Below, one piece after another: positions 40,444 through 51,161 of a stretch of 64,000 nucleotides of DNA (the stretch's first letter is position 1; every line of letters begins with the position of its first letter). Source of the stretch: Azolla caroliniana (taxonomy: Eukaryota; Plantae; Polypodiophyta); the NCBI GenBank assembly GCA_043228905.1, contig JBHGNT010000015.1:7502001-7566000 (forward strand), given 5' to 3'. The position numbers and the translations under genes are program-made. Under the pieces are notes generated by a model. The model was not told the DNA's origin. It saw nothing but the letters and a program-made list of their open reading frames with translations, and made no database searches.

Positions 40444-43400
40444 TTGTCATTGAATTTATACACCCACTGACAACCAATCGGCTTAACTCCTTTCAGTACG
40501 TCCACCAAGTCCAATGTCTCATTTTCCGTGAGCATGTGCATCTCTTCCTCCATGGCCTTCTGCAAGTTTGGATCCTTAGCCGCTTCAACATAGTTATCTA
40601 GCTCACACATGGCCGCCACCTTCACCATGAACGCATAATGATGTGCGATATACTCGTTGTATACGTATCGAACTACGGGGTGCTTTTGGCGGGTTGATTG
40701 GCGCAATCCGTAGTTAGCCGATTTTTTGGACGTCTCGGCCGACGCGGACTTCTTTTCTGAAAGTCCGTTTTCGTGCCTTCTGGAGTTGGATCCGATCCGA
40801 TCCGACTTATCTATGCCATTATCGTATTCCGGCGTGAATAGTATCCTCGGTTCCTTACGCGGGAATAACATGACCGAGTCTTCACTACTCGTCGGCTCGT
40901 CATCCGGTTGACTGCTTCGGCTCAACCAGTCCGGATTCAGTCCACTAATCCGGAGAGAAGTCTAACTATCTGGTTGTTCGAATTCCGTTGTCTCACCCAC
41001 AACAATCAGCTTAGGTTCGGGCGATGAGAAGTACCAGGATGCCGATTCGTTAAAAATGACATCACGACTAACTCAGACTTGCTTCGAACGGGGGTTGTAG
41101 CATTTTTACCCCTTTTGCTTGTTGCATCCAATTGCTTCCGCTTCTCATCAAGCACATGCACATAAGCAATGTTGTCGAATGCCCGGAGGTGCGCCAAATT
41201 CGGCTTCCACTCGAAATACAGTTCATGCGGCGACACCTTTGTCCCTTAGGCAGATGTTTGATTCTATATGTAGACGGCAGTTCGAAATGCCTTGGCCCAA
41301 TAGATCTAGGGCATTCACTTCTCTGCTAGCATTGCCCTTGCCACTTCTACCAATGTCCGATTCCGACGTTCGACCATGCCATTTTGCTCCGGTGTGTATC
41401 TACAGGAGAACTCCCATGGATTCCCTTCGTCTGGAGATAACTTCTGAACTAGCCAGAAAAATACTCTTTTCCACCATCTGATCTCAAACACTTAATCTTC
41501 CTTCCAGTTTCTCGCTCTACATGATTCTTTAGGTCCCGGAAGCACGAGAAGAATTTTCTTTTCTTCTTGATCAAATAGATCCAAGTGTGTCCACTGAAAT
41601 CATCGATGAAGGAGACGAAATATCGACTCCCCACACATCCGGAATGGATGATATCGAGCTGATTCCGGATCCAATTCTTTTCATTGGGGAACAAATCCTG
41701 ATGTTGCTTCCCAAGCTGGCAAGCTTCACAATTTGGCCTTTCCGGTCACTGAATTTCGGCAGTCCAAAAACCACATGTTTCCACTTATGCCACAGGTCAA
41801 TGTCCGACTCGACCTTCTACCCTTTCATGAACATAGCGGTGCCAACATCATTGGTTTCGAGGATGAATATTCTTCCATCCCAACGCCCTTGCGCAATGAT
41901 CTGACCTTCCTCCTCGATGAAGCATCTGCAGCGAATGAATCAGACCTGCATACCTTAATCTACGATCTGGCCGACCAACACCAAGTTCTTGGTGATCGTA
42001 GGAACATGCAGGACATTCCTCATGATTCCTTTCTAGACAACATGGCTTAGAGGGACATCTCCGATATGCTCGATGGGATATGGGTTGTTGGCTCTGGTTG
42101 CGACTACCCTGGCTTCTCGAGAAAAAAGAACCACTCTTTGTGGTTCATCATGTGGTTTGCAGCTCTGGAGTCCAAATACCAAACTTCTTCCAACTTCGAG
42201 TTGGATACTCCTAAAAGGTTGGCCTTATGCTTCATTAGGAGGCCCGGTCTTGACCCGTCTCTCTCCAAGGTTCCGACGAAGTGCGATCGATGACGCCTGT
42301 CTACGTCTTTCCAGCTCAATCTGGCTTTGTCCGAATCGGCTCTTTTCTTTCAGCTCTCTCTTTCTTTGTGGCCCTTCCGGCCACAGTACCAACATTCCGT
42401 GTCAGCCTTTCCTTGCTGATTTCTGGCGCTGCTTTGACTCCCCCAGTTTTCGGAGGGTCCGGAATCGCTGTCGGCACCATCTCTGTGCCTCCGATTCTGC
42501 TCTTGTCAGCCACCTTTGTTGAGCACTGATCCGCCTCGACCACCACAACCACGGGGCCTCTCCTCCTCTGTGTATAACATTTTGTTGTTGGTGTGCGTAC
42601 TTGTCAATGCACCCGCATGGTTCTCCTCTACAAGGAGCATTGACTGTAAGTCGAAAAACGACGTCGTATTCTCCCTTATACAGACCGCCGTTCTGAATGC
42701 TCCGAACTTTGATGCCAAGCCTTTGAGATAGACCTACACAATCTCATCTTCCTCGATGGTCACGTTGATAGAGGCAAGTGAGTCGCAGATGTCTTTGATT
42801 CGGGCTATGTAGTCGGTCACCGACATATCCTTGTGTTGGACATTGGTCAACTCCTATAGAAGTTGTACTTTCCGGGCCGTGGTGCTTGCGGTGAAGACCT
42901 TCTTCAGGTTTCCCAAAGCTTCCTTGGGTGCCTTGGCGTCTCGGATATGGCTGAGCAATTGATCGCCAACACTAGACGCGAAGTAGTACATTACTCTGCT
43001 TGCCGCTTATTCCCAAGACGGGAAGTCCGTGTGTCACGCATCAAGTGTTGTATCGTTAGCTTTGTTGACATAACTCCAGTAGCCATGCCAAAGTAGGTAC
43101 TGGTGCATCTTGAACGACCAAGATGCATAGTTTGATTTGTCGAGCTTCTCCGTCAGGAGCGAGCTAGCCATTTCTCGGTCCTTTCTCTCCTTCAAGTCTG
43201 TTTCTTTTACCGTAAATTAGGTTTTCGTCGACCCACCGGTTTCTGTCTGTAGCAGAGTATTTCTAACCCTTGCACTCGGATACGATGTAAAAGATATTGT
43301 GTGGAAGCGTAGACAAATTGGCTCGATCGGATGCCAACAGAAAACAATAGAATCACATAGAGAGGACATGGGAGAGACAGAGAGAGAGAGCAAACTAGAA

Positions 43401-43688
43401 CTCAATTCAAAATAATAACGCTCTATACATAGAGTGTACTCAAAGAGCACTTTTATACAAGTCCTTACACGGATAGACCCAAGTACCATAAGTACTTGGA
43501 TGCTCATAAACAAGCCTCTACACTCACTCCAAGGAATATGCCTACGTAATAGGCTTAGACCATAAACCTCCAATGGCTTACTGGTTCACACTATTCCAGA
43601 GTACGATACGATCCAGACATCGATCCAGTTCTTTGTTCCGGCTCTGGCTTATTCAGCGGATCCGGTTGAGCTTGTCTAATCAATAGAA

Positions 43689-44640
43689 TTGAACACATCG
43701 GCAATTCACCGATTGAAGAAGTCCCTCTACGAACTTAAGAAATCCCTGTGTGCTTGGAACACGAAGATCACACAGAGATTGCGTAAGATGGGGTTTGCTT
43801 TGTCGAAATCAGATTCTTCATTGTTCATTCGGTGGTTTAGGGTTTATGTCGATGATTTAGTCATCATCGGTGTGGATCTCGAAGAAATCGCCTGAGTCAA
43901 ATCTCAACTAGGGGCATCGTTTGAAATGAAGGACTTGGGAAACCTTCATTACTTCCTCGGGATCGAAGGGATTTGCACCCCTCAAGGCATATTGATCAGC
44001 CAACGTCATATGTGTTGAATACGATCTTCAAGTTCAGGATGAAGAATTGTAAATCTATCTGAACTCCTTTGGACAGAGATATGAAGCTTCACGAAATGCA
44101 GACGATCATAGGTGAACATCCGGTTTCGCGTTTTCATTGGGAAGCGTAGCGATCACCTAGAGCAGCAAGAAGCAACCAATAGTGGCACTGTCGAGCACTT
44201 AGGCTGAATATCCAGGAGCGGCTGTCACGACATGCGAAGCCATATGGCTAAACAAGCTATTAAGGGATATGCATGTGGAGGTGTTTGAACCGATAGTTAT
44301 ATACTACAACAACCTCATCGACATCCAGCTTGGGAAGAACCCCATTTTCCACACCCAGACTAAGCACATTGAGGTGCACTATCATTTAGTTTGTGACTGA
44401 GTCCTCTCCGGTGAAGTGGAACTTGTATATGTTCTGACGGATTGGTAGGTTGCCGATATCTTCACCAAACCTCTCGGCTTGGACAAGTTTCGGCAATACT
44501 CAGGCATGCTTGGCATACAACACCTTGACATCCCAAACTTTAGTGGGAGGAGCGAGAATGAGAAGGAGGAGAGAGATGAAGTCTGAAAAAACGAATTGGA
44601 TGAAGAATTCGATTTCAGAATGACTGAAGGAGTCAGAACG
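43689..44640 (+). mobile_element. Copia fragment G (RT, RH, start of the C-terminal extension)
   Basis: RLKKSLYELK, VYVDDL, TKHIEVHYH and ADIFTKPLG. Confidence 0.85.
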
Positions 44641-44919
44641 TCCAGTTTGGCTAGAAAAGCCAAGGACTTGTGGACAGATGGAAGGAGATTGGTTAACTGG
44701 AGACTTTTGGAACTCGGTCGTCTACTGTGGAACAAATCAACAGTCTTCAGATGATTAGATCATAAACAGATACAATCAAGGTATATTGATGGCAACAAAG
44801 AGAGAGAATGATAAGCCACATAGAACGCAAGAGAGATACGTTAGGCACAAGATGAACTATATTTGCAACAACAACAAAACTAGGTTACAAAGTCAATTTA
44901 TACATAAATAGCCTAAAGT

Positions 44920-45111
44920 TCGAGTCGATGTATCCGATTACACCTAACGTGTCGTTCGGACCGAATAGAATGCCAAGGTCTTTTGTGCCCACCATATATT
45001 TGAGCACATGCTTGATTGCATTCCAGTGCAATCGGCCTGGATTGTGCATGAATCTGCTCATGATTCCAACGACGTTGTCATGAAGATTTTTGGCAATGGT
45101 GTGAAAATTGC
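44920..45111 (-). pseudogene. Fragment of a different copia RT/RNase H, the target of the DNA transposon
   Basis: VVGIMSRFMHNPGRLHWNAIKHVLKYMVGT...GYIDSNF. Confidence 0.7.
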
Positions 45112-45115
45112 ATGG

Positions 45116-45151
45116 AACACGTTCGCGTTCACAAGTGGAAGGATTGTGCAT
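45116..45151 (+). repeat. Left terminal inverted repeat
   Basis: Reverse complement of 54278-54313 with 2 C/T mismatches. Confidence 0.92.
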
Positions 45152-45494
45152 TCCACTTGTAGAATCTTCTTGAAACAAAGCAAATACACCCTCTCTACAA
45201 AAATTGGATGCACTAGTATCACATGTTTCTCAACTTGATTACAATTTGCAAATATAAAAATACATGATAGGTTTACGAGTGGATATCATTAGAAATCATG
45301 CAAGTTTGGACGTGTTGATAAGTTAATGTAGGCATAATAAAGTTCAACAATGGCTCAATATATCACTAATGTGCGACAAGGGAAACACTAAGTTAAAGAC
45401 TTATATTAATTTGGTAAGTTTTACAAAAATATGAGGTGTACTTGTATCCATACTAATAAAATGAGTTATAATTTATACTTTGACCCATACATGC

Positions 45495-45772
45495 ATGTAT
45501 ATAATTGTGGACAATGTAGGATAGTGTACTTTAGGATAACGTCATTGGAAAAACTAACTTATTAAACTATTCAATACTTGTATTTAAAGTTGATCTAATC
45601 TATTCCTCAGTTTGTTCGTATGGGATCAAACCTTATGTATATAATTGTGGACAATGTAAGGCAGTGAACTTTAGGATAATGTCGTGGAAATAACAAACCT
45701 ATTAAGGCTTTCATACCTGTATTTAAAATTGATCTACTCTATTGCTTAGGTGATTCACACAGGATCAAACTC
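45495..45772. repeat. ~140-bp diverged direct duplication in the left subterminal region
   Basis: ATGTATATAATTGTGGACAATGTA at 45495 and 45635, with similarity running to GGATCAAAC. Confidence 0.8.
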
Positions 45773-46203
45773 TGAACGATAACGCAAGTGGAACTACAAG
45801 TGTATAAAAACATGCGGATGACGCTAGTGGAACCATTATCATCACACTATACAATCTAAGCAGCAATGGAATAGAAACATAATAGTTTTAACAATAGAAG
45901 ACAAAGATCCATAATAATAACATGGACAGTCATGGCAACAATTGTACGACCATGTTATGTTAAGGTTAGCTTGGACCAAAATCAACCTCAATTTAAACTA
46001 ATTCATGTTTCTCCATTAATTTGGTAGTCAGCTATGCATGCGGAGAAACCAATGTCATAAGTCTACTAACCAAGTATATAAAAATAAAATTGAAACATAT
46101 AGAAGATTATAAAGAATAGAATCCACCAAGTAAAACCCAAAATTTGTATTAATAATGTGAAATCCAAACAAAATCGTCAGTGTCATTTTCTTCATAGAGT
46201 CTA

Positions 46204-49200
46204 TTACATAGCAATCAATTCATCAATGTCATTTTCTTCATCATCTTGTGTAGAACTCTCTTTGGCTATACGTGCATTGCCTTCCCCTGTTAGCCGAGCC
46301 AACGAAATATCTTCTATAAGCTCATCATCAAGCTCAATTAGCTCCCCTGGTTCGCCGGCTAACGGAGGAATAGGCTCTCGCGAAGCAGGTTGAAACCTTT
46401 CTGTATTAGCGAGGTTCTTTGCACCAACCTCCTCATCCTGGTCTGGGCACTCCCACAAAGCCTTAATCCTCATATTTATAAATATAACCTGCTCCTCATC
46501 CTTCTCCAATGCAACTGTGAAGAAATTAACAAGAAGAATTAGTTGTCAAACAAAAAAGATTCGGTATTGGTTATCTCAAGATCGTTACCCTAGTTCGAGG
46601 AATACCTGTGTTAGAAAAAAGATCTAATATCCAGTCTCCTTCGATAGAAAACATCTCGATCAAGCGCATCATAAGTCGCTGAGGTTTTTGATATGGGTTG
46701 ACAAGTCCCCGTTCTGTCGTGGTGACATGTCGCAATTTCCATGTCACTGCTGGATATACCAACAGATTTGAACCTCCCACTTCATTACAATGCTCCTTGA
46801 TTCTTTGTTTCTTAATTTCATCGAAGTAGCCAACCATGATGTATTCAATGGCATTAACGAACCGAAAAGTTGGCCCTCTATTTACATTGGTTTTTATCTT
46901 ATAAAAAATAATACATCGAGTTAAGAATAGATTGAACAACATTAAGAAATGCAATATAGTGAATGACACCTATAAATAATCCTTACCATGCAAGGTTCTC
47001 GATGCCATGGTAACGAGATCTCAAAGCTTGAGCTACCGAGTACCTTTGGTCCATACTATGAAAGACAACTATTGGCCACAAGGATGTAGTCGTTAGCTCA
47101 GCGAAATCCTTGACCATCTTCTCCAACTGTTTAAACCTAAATGATTCATCGTCATATGATGACCCATCCATTCGAAATCCGTAAGGAATATCCGCAATCA
47201 TTAGCGTATATTCCTTCTTTGGCACTTTTTGGATCAAGTCGAAGACATCGCCGCAAACCACATTGTAGTAAAGATCTCTCGTAATATCTTTTTTGTGGCT
47301 AAAGTTTTTAAAGGAGCCATCTTCCTCCATTTTGTACGCCTTGACTAAGCGACGATCCTTTTCTTTTCTGGCTCGCTCGAGATGTGCAAGGAAGGATGTA
47401 GGGAAATCGTGTATATCCTTAACTTCTCCTTGTTTCTTGCCACGACACGGTTTCTAATAGAAGCAATAGGACATCAAGTATTATTATACAAGCTCTACAT
47501 GTGATGAAAGCGTAATGAAAAAGCACCAATACTAACCCAATCCTTGAATGCAATAAAATACTCCGATAACGCCTTATATGAAGACATTAGAGGATAATCC
47601 TTAGTCACTTGTTCCCAAGTTATACATCCATGTTGTTTCATCATAACTTCTTGGATCTTCATGTACACCTTATGACTGTAAAATTAGAAATCAAGATTAG
47701 AACTTTGAATTACACCATATAGACCATTAATGAAAGACTTACTTATTGAACTCAGTGACCATTTCTTCAAGGCTTAAATCTTTCGCCACAACCCTTGACA
47801 AAACAGACACAAGAAGCTGCTCGTCCTTAATATCTTGCATCGCTGTCCACAGAGACAGCTTCATGTCATCAGCCGCTTCTTCAATTGTCAAGTCAATTTT
47901 CTTGGCCACTTGTGACTTTAACTCTAGTTGAGGGTCAACCTTACATTTCTTTTGTCGTTGTCCCTTTACCTCCTTATTCTCCCACATTGAGAAGATTTGA
48001 TCATTTAGGTCCCATACTTCTCCATCTCTAAAGGCCAGTTGAAACCAAGACTCATATTTTCGAAGACCATCAGACTTAACATTATCATCTACCACAATAC
48101 CGACTTCATGCAGACATTGACGTCGTAGACCTGGATGTAGCTTCACACTAAACTTTTGTTTCACATCCAAATACTCGTGGTGGAAGAACCTTATACGCTC
48201 AATCGATGACATTTTCTGCCTATAGTCATTATCATTATTATGGTCCCATGCCAACAACTTTGCCTCTTCAGTTGTGAGCCCCAGGTAAATTTTGCACTCG
48301 GCATACTTGAAGAAGAAAGTCATTGGATGTTCTCTCACAAGTTGCCGACGTGCCTCCGCTGAATGCGATCCACCAATGACAAAATAATTATATTGATCAT
48401 GCTTCCTAATATCAAAACCTTCAATGGTTTCACATTCTTCAGGATCTACCATAACAATAAAAGGCACCACAGTGGCATGAGGATTAATTTTCATTTTTTT
48501 CTTGAGATTTTGAACATGGATGCGGTGTGGCTCTCTAATCTCAAGTGGTGTTCGACCTGTTTTTTCATTAATAGGGGGCCGATGGATGTGTGTTATAGGC
48601 AAATTAAACACTTGCCCTTTCTTGACCAGTTTACGCTGCATTAACTCTCTCCTTATCTTATTCTGCTCGGATGACAACACACCCGATGCCAGCTCAGCTC
48701 CTGGCGTCCCCTTAGTGTCCTCTTCGTTTTCACTTGATGAATCGGAGTCCGACATTTTGGTTGTCTTCTTCTTTGGTGGTCTTGATTGTACTTTAGGTAC
48801 CCTTTTTATGGCCTTCACTGGGGAGGGCACTTCCTCCCTTAGAGTTACATGGCCTTGTATATAAGGCCTCAAGGTAACCATAAGGTTTTGTGAGCTTTCA
48901 AGATCTTTTTTGAACGCTTCTGGCCCACAAGATTCCTTTCCTAGAAGATCTTTTGAAAGGAACACTTTACGTACCCCCTTGGAGCACTCTATCATTACAA
49001 GTATGTTGGCTGAATCTGCATCTTCGTAGTCAAATCGTAGAATACAGCCATACATAAATGGGGTTTCCTTTCCAAGCCGTCCCTCCCCCTTCTTCTTTGT
49101 TGTATACAATACGACTTTTTTCTTTGAGTCGATGTATTGCATACACCATTCCTTGTCCGTTAGATCACGGTCTGGAAGGTCTTCACCTCCAGTAGCTGCT

Positions 49201-50393
49201 ACAAGTTTCTTTTGGCTAACCTCAATGTGTGGTTGAGATTTTGACTCCTCGTTGAAGAGAAGCTCTTTTCCTCGCTTCATGGACTCGGGAGCTACTAGGG
49301 TTTGTGTTTCAATTGGAGAGCCCTATATCCGGAGTTTTATCTTCTTCACAGGTCGGTCCAACAAGTTCTCAAACGACCTATTTAAGAAAGGACATGCGAA
49401 ACATAAGTTAGGTGGTCACGTAGATTAAGGTTGTATATTAAAATACAAATAAGTAGATGAAGAAATAAACCAGCAGGCGATTTGTGGTGAACTATAAATA
49501 TCAATCATGCATTCAGTGTACATGGTAGTCCTATATTCAGAAATCTATTCTAGTAAGGGCTCTTCAACTTAGAAAATATATATCGTAATAAGTATACAAG
49601 GTTATATATTGTCTTGAAGGGTAGGTATGACTTATATTGATTCCATAACCATATTGTAGATAATTTGTATATGATAGACTTGAGATTGGTATCGTAAGGG
49701 TAATTTGTGGGTTATTTTCTACTATTTCAAGCTATAGTAGGTCATAAAACCCCTATAATTAAGGCCCCTTTTTTTTTAAAAGTAAGGCAAGTCGACATAA
49801 AAAAGACTGATTTTGATAGACAATTTGATATCTTTTCTGACAATACTAAATTGTTGCCCTAAAAACACAATATTCCTCTTTCAAGGTCTTCTTTTATACA
49901 GGAACTCGATACGTCGTATCGAGTTCCTGTTTAAAACGCAAACATAATTCAGGAACTCGATACGGCGTATCGAGTTCCTGTTTAAAACCTAAACTTTAAA
50001 TAGGAACTCGATACGGCGTATTGAGTTCCTCTCTAAAACCTAAACTTTAAACAGGAACTCGATACGCCGTATCGAGTTCTTGTTTAAAAAGCAAAGAAAA
50101 AAGAGGAACTCAATACGACGTATCGAATTCCTGTTTAAAATCTAAACTTTAAACAAGAACTCGATACGCCGTATCGAGTTCCTCTTTAAAACCTAAACTT
50201 TAAACAAGAACCCGATACGCGGTAGTGAGTTCCTGTATAAAACCTAAACTTCAAACAGAAACTCGATACTTCGTATCATATAGGAACTCGATACGCCGTA
50301 TCGAGTTCTTGAGTGACGAAACATATTTACAAAAATGTCCACAGTGTTAGAGGCCTACCTGGAATCCTGGCGCTCGATTCTCTTTGAAGACAT
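46204..50393 (-). pseudogene. Six-exon gene: ParB/Srx-like domain fused to a beta-class N6-adenine/N4-cytosine DNA methyltransferase (~959 aa)
   Basis: Exons 50393-50359, 49377-47743, 47675-47537, 47453-46987, 46898-46606 and 46514-46204 sum to 2880 nt with consistent phases and GT..AG introns. Motifs: YFVIGGSHSAEARRQL..KIYLGLTTEEA..LAWDHN (ParB-like); VVCGDVFD..LMIADIPYG, W-IK, E-YI, NPYQKPQRLMMRLIEMFSIEGDWILDLFSNT (N6_N4_Mtase-like). Lesions: TAG at 49323-49325 and an exon-5 acceptor AG>AA at 46899. Confidence 0.85.
49900..50310. repeat. Array of 29-bp palindromes AGGAACTCGATACG-N-CGTATCGAGTTCCT, 51-bp period, ~9 copies
   Basis: Units start at 49900, 49951, 50002, 50053, 50104, 50155, 50206, 50257 (partial) and 50282. 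The array lies in intron 1 of the methyltransferase gene. Confidence 0.95.
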
Positions 50394-50501
50394 GGTTGAT
50401 CTTGTAGAAGTGGAGGTGGAGATCGCGCTTTCGTGCTTCCTGCTCTGTGTGCTCTTGTATGCTCTTGTGTGCTCTTGTGAGTGAAATATGATGAGGTCTT
50501 C

Positions 50502-50895
50502 CTATTTATAGGGATTGACCATAGTGGTTAAAGTAACCACAGTCACCTTAACCAGGGTTGGTAAGCTTGAGGTTAGTTAGTTAGTAACCAGAGTAACTTA
50601 TGATTGCATTAATGATTACAAAGTCAAACTAACATATTGATGAATCTTTTATAGTCATAATAACTTGCAATGACTTTAAAGGTCATGAAGGACACAATGA
50701 TAGAGGTTCATGAATGAACCAATGATTGATTACTGAAAGCAACATTTTTGTGACTCTTAATTGATGTGTATTAAAGATGTGGGCATGAATGAACCAATGA
50801 TTGATAAGTCTAATATTTAAAATGGTGAGCATTAATGAACCAATGACTGAGAAGTTCTATATCAAATATGGGTGTCATTAATTAGCCAATGATTT
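50502..50895. promoter_or_regulatory. Putative bidirectional promoter: TATA box and repeated CCAAT boxes
   Basis: CTATAAATAG on the minus strand at 50502-50511, ~110 nt upstream of ATG 50393. (GA/AG)CCAATGA occurs four times (~50717, 50791, 50837, 50884) between the divergent genes. Confidence 0.55.
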
Positions 50896-51161
50896 TAACT
50901 TTAATCCAACATATTTATGGCTTGGTAATGATTTGAATTATATTATAATTGATTTAACTTCATATAGACCTAGTTTAAATAATTATTGATATTTTAAATA
51001 CAATTACTATATTAAAAATAATATTTTTTATGTATTGTATTAATATAATATTAAATAATATAGACATTATATTGAGGGAGTTTATGTTTAGAGAGGAGCT
51101 TATTAGTTTTTTGCCTTAGTCTAAGCATATAACTTAAAGAGCCCTATCTAGACCTTAAGCC

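Larger units (their letters stand above)
34346..43685 (-). mobile_element. Decayed copia copy D, carrying two nested insertions
   Basis: 5' LTR ~43286-43685, degenerate PBS ~43274-43285, gag from ~43172 (MASSLLTEKLDKSNY), then PR, INT, RT and RH fragments down to ~34350. Confidence 0.88.

Noticed and set aside
45110-45117. Longer (6- or 8-bp) TSD implying another superfamily such as hAT
   Set aside because: CATGGA/TATGGA and GCATGGAA/TTATGGAA need mismatches, whereas 4-bp ATGG is perfect and the transposase lacks hAT motifs. It is not fully excluded without more copies.
49900-50310. CRISPR array
   Set aside because: The 22-bp linkers are near copies of each other rather than unique spacers, there are no cas genes, and the array lies in a spliceosomal intron.
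46204-50393. Bacterial contamination or a restriction-modification operon
   Set aside because: The gene has five spliceosomal introns, sits within TIRs and a TSD in plant retroelement DNA, and has no neighbouring endonuclease.
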